This document shows, in pieces, positions 7,567 to 16,934 of a stretch of DNA of 32,000 nt; position 1 is the stretch's first letter, and each line of letters begins with the position of its first letter. The DNA is from Nanoarchaeum equitans Kin4-M (GTDB taxonomy: Archaea > Nanobdellota > Nanobdellia > Nanobdellales > Nanoarchaeaceae): positions 30,001 through 62,000 of the forward strand of contig AE017199.1 in the NCBI GenBank assembly GCA_000008085.1. The letters are read 5' to 3'. Below the pieces are notes generated by a model. The model saw only the letters and a program-made list of their open reading frames with translations, was not told where the DNA came from and did not search any database. Made by a program: the position numbers and the translations under genes.

Positions 7567-9014
7567 CTGTAGCGCTCTCTTAACAATTTAATAAAATATT
7601 TTTCATTAACAGGCTCTCCAAAGGATTTTTCTAACAAAACTTTTGGTTCATACATAGAGCCGTATTTATGAATTTTTTCTCTTAAGTATTCTCTAATCGT
7701 AGCAAAGTTTTTGTTTTCTATATGTGTTTCTAAGTCTGGGAAATTGTATTTTATTTGTGCTGCAATTAGATTACCTAAAGTATATGTTGGGAAATACCCT
7801 ATTGCTCCTAAAGACCAATGTATGTCTTGCAAAGCCCCTTCACTATCGTTTTTAGGTTTTATTCCCAAATATTGTTCCATTTTTTCATTCCATATTTCAG
7901 GAATATCCCTAACATCGATTTTGCCTTCTATTAAATCACGCTCTATTTCGTACCTTAATATTATATGAAAATTATAAGTTACATCATCAGACTCAACTCT
8001 TATTGGGATAGGCCTTACTATTGTGAAATACTTAAATAGATCTTCGCTATCAGCATCTATTTTTAGTATATTCTTTACTAAAGGCTCTAAGAATTGGGTA
8101 AACTCTTTTGTTTTAGCAACAACTATTTCCCAAAACCTAGATTGTGATTCATGTATTCCTAGGGATACACCCCCTTGCAATGGGGTTTTCCATAGCTTTT
8201 CATCTATTTGTCTTTCATACAAAGCATGGCCAAACTCATGTATTACCGCTAAAAGAGACCTTCTGAAATCTTTTTTATGATACCAAGTGGTAATTCTTAT
8301 ATCATATAGGCCTAATTCTATAGTAAAAGGATGTGCGCTAACATCTAATCTCATATGGTTAAAATCAAAACCAATCATAGACAATACTGTTTTATTCAAT
8401 AATTCCATTCTTTCTCTATTATATGGTTCATTTTCCAACCAATGATAGTCATGCCAAATCTCTTTTATTCTTTCGTATTCTTTTTTCAAATCCCTCTTTA
8501 ATCTATTAAATAAGGGATCTATGTCTTTAACTGTATAGCCCTCTTCGTATCTATCTAACAAAGCATCGTATGGTGAATATTTATAGCCCAAATATTCAGC
8601 AAACTTTCTTTTAAATTCGACTATTTTTTCTAAATATGGAGCAAATCTGTTAAAATCAGATTTTTTCTTTGCATCTTCCCATACCCTTACAGCTTCTACT
8701 ATAAGCTTATTGTATTCTTCTAACTCTTTTTTAGGAATTTTTGTATAATAGTATATACTTCTTTTTAACACTCTTGCTATTCCTTTTTCAAAATCGTTCT
8801 CTGCTTTTTCTTCTAATTGTTCAACCCATTTAATAAATTCTTTGTCTGTCATTAAATCTTGTATCATTGATTCTATTTTCGATGTTATAAATCCTCTCTC
8901 CTTTGTTTCGCCCTTAGGCATATAAGTTTCAGAATCCCATTCCAATACAGCATTGGCTTTCGCTAGTACCCATATTTTTTCATAATGGTCTAAAATCTTT
9001 TTTACCAAATCCAT
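7563..9014 (-). CDS. thermostable carboxypeptidase Taq-like, peptidase family M32
   Basis: HEFGHALYERQ zinc motif, GIHESQSRFWE, IRVESDDVTYNFHIILRYEIE, DIHWSLGAIGYFPTYTLGNL. Confidence 0.95.
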   Translation of the reverse strand: MDLVKKILDHYEKIWVLAKANAVLEWDSETYMPKGETKERGFITSKIESMIQDLMTDKEFIKWVEQLEEKAENDFEKGIARVLKRSIYYYTKIPKKELEEYNKLIVEAVRVWEDAKKKSDFNRFAPYLEKIVEFKRKFAEYLGYKYSPYDALLDRYEEGYTVKDIDPLFNRLKRDLKKEYERIKEIWHDYHWLENEPYNRERMELLNKTVLSMIGFDFNHMRLDVSAHPFTIELGLYDIRITTWYHKKDFRRSLLAVIHEFGHALYERQIDEKLWKTPLQGGVSLGIHESQSRFWEIVVAKTKEFTQFLEPLVKNILKIDADSEDLFKYFTIVRPIPIRVESDDVTYNFHIILRYEIERDLIEGKIDVRDIPEIWNEKMEQYLGIKPKNDSEGALQDIHWSLGAIGYFPTYTLGNLIAAQIKYNFPDLETHIENKNFATIREYLREKIHKYGSMYEPKVLLEKSFGEPVNEKYFIKLLRERYR

Positions 9015-9039
9015 ATATAATATGGAAAGTTATAATTTA

Positions 9040-9294
9040 TTAAAATACCAGTTTGTATAATTTGTTCACATTGACCTCTTTCCTATGGTCTTTTATACCT
9101 CTATGCCTTGCACAGCTTGGACATACATATATTTTTCTTTTTTGGCTAAATACTGCAATAACTTCATTTTCTGAAAGCTCTCCAGCAACGTTTGGTTTTG
9201 TGTATATTACATAAGCTTTCTCTTTTGGCAATATCCTTCCACAATAGTAGCATCTTACTGTTTTGGTAGACCTTACTCTCTCGAACAGTACCAC
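9040..9294 (-). CDS. probable ribosomal protein S26e (zinc-binding)
   Basis: VRCYYCGRILPKEKAYVIY...YVCPSCARHRGIKDHRKE with two CxxC pairs. Divergent, so the family call is tentative. Confidence 0.6.
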   Translation of the reverse strand: MVLFERVRSTKTVRCYYCGRILPKEKAYVIYTKPNVAGELSENEVIAVFSQKRKIYVCPSCARHRGIKDHRKEVNVNKLYKLVF

Positions 9295-9322
9295 TCGGTT
9301 TAGTTAGAGTATCCTTTATAAA

Positions 9323-9895
9323 TTATATTTGCATCTTATATCTGCCTCTCCTTTCTATGTCTTCTACCCTTTTCAAAACTTCATCATTTTTATAATATTG
9401 GGCAAATTCTTCCCATCTATCTTTTAGCAATTTTCTTAATTCATACAAATCTACAGCTTTGTCTTCTACTCTATTAGAAATAAAGGACAGACCAAAATCT
9501 ATTATATATAGTTTATCTCCCAATATAAAGTTTTTTGGATGCAAATCGCCATGTATAATATTATTTTCATGCAAAGTATTAATAATTAAGGCCATAGGTT
9601 TTAGATAATGGACAAAATTGCTCACATTTAAGGGTTGGCCTTCAATATATTGCATAGCAATTATAAATTTGTTTTCATCCATAAGATAGGGCTCTGGAGT
9701 ATTAGTTATTTTGTAAGCTTTTTGCAATATTTTGTATTCTCTTCTTAGTCTAAACTTTCTAAGAGAAATATCTATTTTTTCATGTCTATATTTTTTAGGA
9801 GGCCTATATTTTATTATGTAAGGTTTTTTGCCTATTCCTAAAGAATCGTTATAGTCTAAATATATTATTCCTTCACTTCCCCGAGCTATTTCCAT
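9323..9895 (-). CDS. bud32: Kae1-associated atypical kinase Bud32
   Basis: MEIARGSEGIIYL..., IIKYRPPKKYRHEKIDISLRKFRLRREYKIL, IIHGDLHPKNFILGDKLYIIDFGLS. Internal ATG at 9895 fits family N-termini better than 9940. Confidence 0.92.
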   Translation of the reverse strand: MEIARGSEGIIYLDYNDSLGIGKKPYIIKYRPPKKYRHEKIDISLRKFRLRREYKILQKAYKITNTPEPYLMDENKFIIAMQYIEGQPLNVSNFVHYLKPMALIINTLHENNIIHGDLHPKNFILGDKLYIIDFGLSFISNRVEDKAVDLYELRKLLKDRWEEFAQYYKNDEVLKRVEDIERRGRYKMQI

Positions 9896-11099
9896 AGGAT
9901 TGTCCTTCGTATACAAATAAATATTTATCGCATCTCCCATAGACTTTAAATTTTATTATTAAAGCTTTGTCCATAAAAGTGGCAATAAAGTTTCTAACTA
10001 TTAAATCATAAATAAGGCTTTCTTTTTTTGATAACCCTTTAGGGATTATACCAGTAGGATAAATAGCGGGATGGGCATCCTCTATATTACCATTGTTCGG
10101 CTTTAGGATGGGTTTTTTAAGCAAATAACTTATGTAATAACTATAACCCCACAATTTTAGTTTTTCTAGTATATATCTATAGTCTAAGCTCTCTGGCAAT
10201 ATATTTGAACTAGTCCTAGGATAGCTTATATAGCCATTTGTATATAGTTTTTGCAATATTAACAAAGTATCCTTGGGCGATATTTTATAGAATTTGTATG
10301 CATCCTGTTGTATAGCGCTTAAATTGTATGGATGTGGAGGAGGCAAATAAACTTTTTCCTCTTTTACTCTTACTATTTTTAATTCTTTGCATTTGGCTAT
10401 CTCTTTGGCCCTTTCTAAATTTTTAAGCTTCTCTATATAGTAAAATTTGTAGTTTTTGTGTATAAATACTACTCTATAATACTCTTCTGGTATGAAATTA
10501 GATATCTCTTTTTCTCTCTCATATACTAATCTTAAAGTTGGCCCCTGCACACGGCCAATGCTTAAGGTTACATCTTTAACATAATGCCTTAAAGCATAAG
10601 TTAATGCTCTAGACAAATTAATCCCATAAAGCCAATCTATTATATGTCTAGTCTCTCCTGCTATTGCTAAGTTTTTGTCTATAGATTCTCTTAGATTAAA
10701 AAATGCTTCCCTAAGATCTTTTGGAGTTAATGCAGAGAAAACCATTCTTTTCGCATTGGTTTTGTTTAGAGCAAACCTCAATATATTATAACCAATTAGC
10801 TCTCCTTCCAAATCATAGTCTGTTGCAACTATTACTTCTTTTTCGTTTTTATATTTTGAAAATGCTTTAGCAAATTTTGTTTTACCTTTTTCTACATTCC
10901 AAAAATAATCAAATACTGGATAACCTCTTTGGTTTGTATCTAAATTATATATATGGCCTGCTGCAGGTATAACAATAACGGGTTTGCTATCTATTTTAAA
11001 ATAATATTGGGGGGGATTTTTTGATATTAGCTTATAATTTGTAGTAAGGGAAAAAGTTATTCTTTTTGCTACCGAGGGTTTTTCCGCTATAATAATCAT
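9873..11099 (-). CDS. topA: DNA topoisomerase I (type IA), N-terminal/catalytic part of a split gene
   Basis: TOPRIM residues (IIAEKPSVAKRI, ATDYDLEGELIGYNI), GRVQGPTLRLVYERE, active-site Tyr in GYISYPRTSSNILP. ORF ends at 408 aa, before the expected C-terminal region. Confidence 0.92.
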   Translation of the reverse strand: MIIIAEKPSVAKRITFSLTTNYKLISKNPPQYYFKIDSKPVIVIPAAGHIYNLDTNQRGYPVFDYFWNVEKGKTKFAKAFSKYKNEKEVIVATDYDLEGELIGYNILRFALNKTNAKRMVFSALTPKDLREAFFNLRESIDKNLAIAGETRHIIDWLYGINLSRALTYALRHYVKDVTLSIGRVQGPTLRLVYEREKEISNFIPEEYYRVVFIHKNYKFYYIEKLKNLERAKEIAKCKELKIVRVKEEKVYLPPPHPYNLSAIQQDAYKFYKISPKDTLLILQKLYTNGYISYPRTSSNILPESLDYRYILEKLKLWGYSYYISYLLKKPILKPNNGNIEDAHPAIYPTGIIPKGLSKKESLIYDLIVRNFIATFMDKALIIKFKVYGRCDKYLFVYEGQSYGNSSGK

Positions 11100-11406
11100 C
11101 TATACCTTGAGAGTGTATGATTAATATACTTTTACCATTATAAACAGCGCTCCCACTAAACCTTTTTTCATCGGCAATTCTAGATAATGTATACAAGTTC
11201 CTATAAAAAGGAATATTAAGCTTTTCCTCCACATCTTCCATAGTAAGTTTCTTTATTTTTCCGTTTTTTCTGTACAATTCTATTAATTCGCTCTCAATAA
11301 TTGTTACTTTGTTAATATTTTTCATAGAGTTTAATAGGTTTACTAACAACATTAGGGTTGGAATATCTATTTTTTTCGTAAATGCTAACTCTATGTGGTA
11401 TTCCAT
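11032..11406 (-). CDS. hypothetical protein
   Basis: 124-aa ORF overlapping the topA start by 68 bp. Divergent to the E1-like gene. Confidence 0.55.
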   Translation of the reverse strand: MEYHIELAFTKKIDIPTLMLLVNLLNSMKNINKVTIIESELIELYRKNGKIKKLTMEDVEEKLNIPFYRNLYTLSRIADEKRFSGSAVYNGKSILIIHSQGIDDYYSGKTLGSKKNNFFPYYKL

Positions 11407-11482
11407 AGCAATATTTATTATCTATCATTTAATAATTTTTCACTTATATAAGGTATTTTATTATTACAACATAAAGCCTTGT

Positions 11483-12061
11483 ATGATGCTACTTGTTGGT
11501 TTAGGTGGTTTAGGCTCTTTGCTAGCATACTATTTAAGAGTTCTGTATAAAAAATGGTTTGTTGTTTTGGACAAAGATATTGTTGATGAGAGCAATATAA
11601 AATACCACCCCTTTTATAATAAAAAAGATTTGGGCGAGTACAAAGCTAAAATAGTGGGTAATAGATTGGGTTTGCCTTACATAATATCTGACATAAAAGA
11701 TATAGATCTTTCTCCTTACAAAATTGTAATAGAAGCTTTAGATAATTGGAGGGATAGAAAATATTTAATAAAAAAGTCTAAAGAGTTAGGTTTTATTCTA
11801 ATACATACTGCGGTTAGCGAAGACAAGGGAGAATTGGCCATAATTAAAGAAAGCCACGATTATTTTCTAAAATTCGAAGGAGAAGGGCATGCCAGAAATT
11901 ATATGCCTTTAATATTTTCTCCTATTGCGGCATGGTTTATCGATAATTATTACCAATATTTTGACAAATTTGTAATTTTTAAGGATTGGGAAATAACTAT
12001 ATTAAATGCGAAGCGTGTCCCTAACTTTAAACACAATAGTAATGATAGCTTTGGCGATTAG
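11483..12061 (+). CDS. ThiF/MoeB/E1-like adenylyltransferase-fold protein, short form
   Basis: MMLLVGLGGLGSLLAYYL...VVLDKDIVDESNIKYHPFYNKKDLGEYKAKIV...EALDNWRDRKYLIKKS. Family-like start at ATG 11483/11486, not the track start 11309. Confidence 0.75.
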   Translation: MMLLVGLGGLGSLLAYYLRVLYKKWFVVLDKDIVDESNIKYHPFYNKKDLGEYKAKIVGNRLGLPYIISDIKDIDLSPYKIVIEALDNWRDRKYLIKKSKELGFILIHTAVSEDKGELAIIKESHDYFLKFEGEGHARNYMPLIFSPIAAWFIDNYYQYFDKFVIFKDWEITILNAKRVPNFKHNSNDSFGD

Positions 12062-12803
12062 CGTTTTTTCCATATTATTTATTGTTCTATCCAAAACACA
12101 GAAATCAACAAACTATATTTTGGGTTCTCAAAAAATTGTTGTAACAGATGTAGCTAAATTAGAGGAAACCCGTAATATATGTAAATCTTTATGCGAAAGG
12201 GCGAAACTATTAGATTTTCTTAGCTCCACATATTGCAATAAGAAATTCGAATTAAAAATAATTGAAAATAACGAAACTGTTAATAAATTGTTCTATTGCT
12301 GGCAACCCCCAATAAATGTGAAATGTGAATTCTCCAAAAGCATTCCTGGAGAAGGAATCTATTTTTATTATGAAAGCGATAAATGCGAATACTTCTTTAT
12401 AAGCGATACCGAATTAAATAGGCTAAAAAGCCAATATTTATATAAAATGAAAGAGCTAACAGTCAATGATTTGTATAATGATAATAACTACGAAAACAAA
12501 ATAACTATCGATAAGCCCTTACCAACTCTAAAAATAAAGGAATTGGATGATTACAATTTTAATATAGAATGCCAGTTAATTTCTGAATTCGACAACAAAA
12601 ATATTGATAGTCAAACTAAATATGTGTTATTCTCGGCAAAACTAAAAATTAATGGCAATTACAATGGGAATGACATAAACATAGAAGGCTATTACCCAAT
12701 AACATGGAAGGTTTTGCCTAATAATCCAAACATAAAACAATATATTATAGATTATTTTTCCAATTTTTGCTCTTTGTTGATACAATATATAAAATATGAA
12801 TAA
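12006..12803 (+). CDS. hypothetical protein with N-terminal transmembrane helix
   Basis: MRSVSLTLNTIVMIALAISVFSILFIVLSK then a soluble domain. Overlaps the upstream gene by 56 bp. Confidence 0.6.
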   Translation: MRSVSLTLNTIVMIALAISVFSILFIVLSKTQKSTNYILGSQKIVVTDVAKLEETRNICKSLCERAKLLDFLSSTYCNKKFELKIIENNETVNKLFYCWQPPINVKCEFSKSIPGEGIYFYYESDKCEYFFISDTELNRLKSQYLYKMKELTVNDLYNDNNYENKITIDKPLPTLKIKELDDYNFNIECQLISEFDNKNIDSQTKYVLFSAKLKINGNYNGNDINIEGYYPITWKVLPNNPNIKQYIIDYFSNFCSLLIQYIKYE

Positions 12804-12813
12804 TTTTTAACCG

Positions 12814-14436
12814 ATGGATAGAGAAAAAGCATTACAAATAGTGGAAAAATTTAAAAAAGAATTACCAGTTGTAGGCGCAGCTATAATACCTAATAATTTA
12901 CCAACTTTCGAGAGATATATTAAATCTCTAGTAGAAGAGGGTTATTTATTAGAAAAATTCGTTGACGAAGCGAAGAGTAAGCCCCATTTAATTATATTAA
13001 TAAAAGATTTTGAGAAACCAAATGAAATAAAAAAGAAAACTGCTGAAGTATTATACGAAGTAGCCAAAGAGAGGCCCCCATTTTGGGTTTTGCCTTTGTT
13101 AGTTAAAGAAAATTTCTTTAATTTATTGTCTAGAACAGGTTTCCTAGAAATAATGCCTTACATAGATGTTTTGTTCGATGAAATATATTTGCAAGCAGCA
13201 AAATTTGGGGGGCTATATTTATATGCATTAGCCAGAAGGTTAGGCGATGGATTAGTTGCATTTGTTTTAGCCGGCTCCGCAGCGAGAGGAGAATACAAAG
13301 AGAATAGCGATATAGACTTTTTCGTAATATATGATGATACTATAATACATAAACCAGTAAGGCATGAATTATTGTTGTTGGTAGAACCTTTTAGGATTAC
13401 CGCAGGAATAGAAAGACGTGTTAATATACAGGTTTATTCTTTGTCTTCTTTTTGGGATAGCCTTAGACAAACGAACCCAGTAATAATAACATTCTTAAGA
13501 GACGGGGTTCCATTGTATGATAGGAGAGAATTCACTATATGGAAAACCTTATTAAAAGAAGGCCACATAGTACCAACAAAAGAAGCTGCAGAACAACAAT
13601 TAGTATTAGCTAAAGCCAAATTAGAGGAGATGAAAAAGAAAATGGTTGATTTTGTTATTGAAGATAGTTTTTGGGCATCAATTGCTGCAGCACAATCATT
13701 ATTATTAGCAATAGGTGTTATAACCGTTACTCCAAAAGAAACCATAGGAGAGTTAAGAAAACTGGGTTATAATGAATTAGCAGACATAATAGAACAAATC
13801 TATAATAGAAGGAAAGAGATAGAGCATAGCGATCAAGAGGTTAAAATTGATGGCAAAGAAATAGAAGAAAAATATTTGTTAGCCAAAAAAGTTGTCGAAA
13901 ATGCAGAAAAGGAAATGCCCAAACTAGAGATTGTTGGTATGAAAAGAGAAGTAGAAGCATTAAAAACAGAAATAGAAGCTTTGTTAATAGAAATAGAAAA
14001 AACAGTTCCAAAATTATTCAATGAATTGATTGAGAAGGGCCATATAAGTAAGGAACAATTAGAATTATTGAAAAAGCCATTACCCAACAGTTTATCCGAA
14101 TTGGAAAAAATAAAGAATTCTCTATGGGATTTGTATAGAAAGTTAAGCGTTATTAGGGAAATTAGGGATACTCAATATTTGTTCCATGGCATATTAGTTA
14201 GATATAAGGGGAAAGAGTATATTTTGCTAAAAGCGGACAAATATTATTTGTATGACTCTAACGAAGATAAAGTCTATGTTGTAACTGACGAAGGCCTAAA
14301 AGAAGGGAACAGAGACGAATTAGATGAAAAACTAGAAGAAATAACTGAAGAGAGAGTGCCTATCCCAATAGAGGATCTAATAAAAATAAAACAAATACTT
14401 GGAGATGTAGAGATATTAATTAGTACCCCATATTAG
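12814..14436 (+). CDS. nucleotidyltransferase-domain protein with long alpha-helical C-terminal region
   Basis: VLAGSAARGEYKENSDIDFFVIYDD is the Pol-beta/MNT-type GSxxxG...SDIDxxV motif. Confidence 0.8.
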   Translation: MDREKALQIVEKFKKELPVVGAAIIPNNLPTFERYIKSLVEEGYLLEKFVDEAKSKPHLIILIKDFEKPNEIKKKTAEVLYEVAKERPPFWVLPLLVKENFFNLLSRTGFLEIMPYIDVLFDEIYLQAAKFGGLYLYALARRLGDGLVAFVLAGSAARGEYKENSDIDFFVIYDDTIIHKPVRHELLLLVEPFRITAGIERRVNIQVYSLSSFWDSLRQTNPVIITFLRDGVPLYDRREFTIWKTLLKEGHIVPTKEAAEQQLVLAKAKLEEMKKKMVDFVIEDSFWASIAAAQSLLLAIGVITVTPKETIGELRKLGYNELADIIEQIYNRRKEIEHSDQEVKIDGKEIEEKYLLAKKVVENAEKEMPKLEIVGMKREVEALKTEIEALLIEIEKTVPKLFNELIEKGHISKEQLELLKKPLPNSLSELEKIKNSLWDLYRKLSVIREIRDTQYLFHGILVRYKGKEYILLKADKYYLYDSNEDKVYVVTDEGLKEGNRDELDEKLEEITEERVPIPIEDLIKIKQILGDVEILISTPY

Positions 14437-15112
14437 CTTCGTAATAGCTGGCAAATTTTGATAGCAATTCTCTATTGTCCTTTATATAATCGTAAAGCCT
14501 GTTCCTAAAGCATTGCAACCATAAATATATCATAGCGCTGTCCTTATGGGGATATAAATTTATTAAAACTATCTCGTCTGCTTTATCTTTTAGATAATCT
14601 ACACTTTTCTCTAAATAGTCATAATTGGCGGGAATATTAACTAACAAATAAACCCTTAATTTTAAGTTATGCTTTTTAGCCCTATTAACGAATTCTTCAA
14701 AATCTTTTAACCTAAATGGTTTATTTAGTTTTTTTAGCAATTCATCATCTGCCGCCTCTAGGCCTATAGCTAAATATGTAGTAATGTTATATTGCTTCGA
14801 TAGATTTTCTAACTCTTTTGCTTTCTCCTCACTTAGAAATTGGGGTAAAGTTTCTAAAACCAATTCTTTTATATTTCTCTCGCTTGCAAATTTGTATAAC
14901 CATTTAATATACTCAAATGGTATTTGGTTTTCATCCAACACACTACCAGAAACATAAATTTTCAATCTTTTTATGCCATCTTTTACATGTTTTTCTGTAA
15001 ATTCCTTTAGCTCTTCAAAAGTTTTTTTAGGGTATTCCTTTTTTCCCCACCCACAAAATATGCATTTGCCCCAGGCACATTTGCCAGATTTTATAATTAA
15101 TGTTTGCTCCAT
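14420..15112 (-). CDS. radical SAM-fold protein (Elp3/RaSEA-like)
   Basis: SGKCAWGKCIFCGWGK cysteine cluster, GLEAADDELLKKLNKPF, LLVNIPANYDYLEKSVDYL. Confidence 0.7.
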   Translation of the reverse strand: MEQTLIIKSGKCAWGKCIFCGWGKKEYPKKTFEELKEFTEKHVKDGIKRLKIYVSGSVLDENQIPFEYIKWLYKFASERNIKELVLETLPQFLSEEKAKELENLSKQYNITTYLAIGLEAADDELLKKLNKPFRLKDFEEFVNRAKKHNLKLRVYLLVNIPANYDYLEKSVDYLKDKADEIVLINLYPHKDSAMIYLWLQCFRNRLYDYIKDNRELLSKFASYYEANMGY

Positions 15113-15753
15113 TAGAAAGCTTCAATTACTATTTTATTTATGCCTTTGCTTTTTAATAGGTTAGCAATTTCTATTACGAATTGTCTCGACCCACATATAT
15201 AATAGGTTGCATCATTATATATTAGGCGATCTATGTAATCTTGTACATGCCCATGGTATTCGGATTGTTCTTTAGATAATATAGGAATATATATTATAGG
15301 CAATTGTTCAAACAAATCTCTAAAAACTAACAAATGCTTATACCTTTCTTGGTGTACAACAATAACTTTTTTATTTTGTTTCACCGCTTCAATAGTTAAT
15401 GGCCTTATTGGGGCTATACCTGTGCCAGCCCCTATAAAAATAACTCTATCCGTATCTGCCCTATCTAAAGTGAAATGTCCCATGGGGTTACCTATTTCTA
15501 TTGTTGAACCTAATGGTATTTCAGCTAAATAATTGGACATCAAACCATTGGGTACTCTTTTAATGTAAAACAATAGGTTTTCTTCTTCTGGGTGGGAAGC
15601 GAAAGAATAAAACCTTCTTACCTTGTTATTGTTTATTGTACTTTCAATATATGTAAATTGCCCCGGTTTGTAATTATAATCTTTGGGCCTTTCTACCCAT
15701 AGCAAATAATGGTCTTTATCTATAAATTCCCTTTTTAATATTTTAACCTTCAT
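15112..15753 (-). CDS. ferredoxin-NADP+ reductase-like FAD/NAD(P) oxidoreductase
   Basis: KPGQFTYIE...RRFYSFAS, GNPMGHFTL, VIFIGAGTGIAPIRPL, YYICGSRQFV. Confidence 0.85.
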   Translation of the reverse strand: MKVKILKREFIDKDHYLLWVERPKDYNYKPGQFTYIESTINNNKVRRFYSFASHPEEENLLFYIKRVPNGLMSNYLAEIPLGSTIEIGNPMGHFTLDRADTDRVIFIGAGTGIAPIRPLTIEAVKQNKKVIVVHQERYKHLLVFRDLFEQLPIIYIPILSKEQSEYHGHVQDYIDRLIYNDATYYICGSRQFVIEIANLLKSKGINKIVIEAF

Positions 15754-15780
15754 ATTGCGAAATATGAATAAAATTTAATA

Positions 15781-15829
15781 ATGATGATGGACCAAATTAC
15801 AGAATAATGAAGACGACCACGGGCACTGA
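15781..15829 (+). ncRNA. C/D-box sRNA A
   Basis: ATGATGA - TGGACCAAATTA - CAGA - ATA - ATGAAGA - CGACCACGGGCA - CTGA. Intergenic between divergent genes. Confidence 0.88.
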
Positions 15830-15857
15830 GTTTTAAATATTTTATCATTTACATCCC

Positions 15858-16934
15858 ATGGATGAAAAAGAGAAATACAAACTAAAATCCCTCTTAAGAC
15901 AATTAAAAAGCATAGAAGGGCGGGGTACAGAATTGGTTTCCCTATATATACCATCTAACTATCCTATAGGAAAAATATTAGACCAATTGAATTACGAATA
16001 CGCTACTGCTGCAAACATAAAAGATGATACTACTAGAAAAAATGTACAAGCAGCATTAGCTAAAATAATAAACTATTTGAAAGATTTTAAGAAAATCCCT
16101 GAAAATGGGTTAGTAATTTTTGCTGGCAACATAGCAGGGAGGGGCGACCAAGATGTTAGACTATGGGCTATTGTACCTCCAGAAAAAAGTAACCTAAAAC
16201 TATATAGATGTGATTCTAAATTTTATGTAGAGCCATTAGAAGAAATGTTAGAAGAGAAAAAACTATATGGGATAGTAACTATAGATAAAGGAGAAGCAGC
16301 AATAGGTTTAATTAAAGGGCGAAAACTTATAGTTTTAGACGAATTCGAAAGCTGGGTTCCAAGGAAACACCATAAAGGAGGGCAATCCGCCCGAAGGTTT
16401 GAAAGGCTAATAGACCAAGCCACACAGGAATGGTTGCAATATGTTGCGGAAAAAGCGAGACAATATTTCGATAAATACAAAGACAAAATACAAGGTATTA
16501 TTATTGGAGGATCTGGTTTCGCTAAACACGATTTTATCGAATATTTGCCTTATTATTATAAAGACAAAATAATTGCTATTGTAGATACCGGTTATAGCGA
16601 TGCCTATGGGTTAAGAGAAGCTTTATATAGAGCAGAAGATAAATTAAAAGAATTGGAAATAGAAAAAGAGAGAAAAATTTTATCAGATTTGTTTAAAGCT
16701 ATAGCATTGGGTAGAAAAGACATCGCTTTAGGATATGAAGAAGTTAAAAAATATTTGGAACAAGGACTAGTTCAAAAAATAATTGTTATGGAGGATTTTC
16801 CCAAATTGGATGAAATATTGGAATTGGCAGAAAAACATAATGTAGATGTAGAAATAATTGAAGGAGGAACAACAGAAGCAGAACAATTTAGACCAATTGG
16901 TATAGCAGCTTTTCTATATTACGCATCAGAGTAG
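15858..16934 (+). CDS. prf1: peptide chain release factor aRF1
   Basis: GGQ motif (RKHHKGGQSARRFERL), NIKS-position motif ANIKDDTTRKNVQAAL, IIGGSGFAKHDF, EIIEGGTTEAEQFRPIGIAAFLYY. Confidence 0.96.
   Translation: MDEKEKYKLKSLLRQLKSIEGRGTELVSLYIPSNYPIGKILDQLNYEYATAANIKDDTTRKNVQAALAKIINYLKDFKKIPENGLVIFAGNIAGRGDQDVRLWAIVPPEKSNLKLYRCDSKFYVEPLEEMLEEKKLYGIVTIDKGEAAIGLIKGRKLIVLDEFESWVPRKHHKGGQSARRFERLIDQATQEWLQYVAEKARQYFDKYKDKIQGIIIGGSGFAKHDFIEYLPYYYKDKIIAIVDTGYSDAYGLREALYRAEDKLKELEIEKERKILSDLFKAIALGRKDIALGYEEVKKYLEQGLVQKIIVMEDFPKLDEILELAEKHNVDVEIIEGGTTEAEQFRPIGIAAFLYYASE

Noticed and set aside
14741-14770. Additional C/D-box candidates at scattered TGATGA sites (near 7987, 9370, 14745, 29992)
   Set aside because: All lack correctly spaced D', C' and D boxes and lie within coding sequence.
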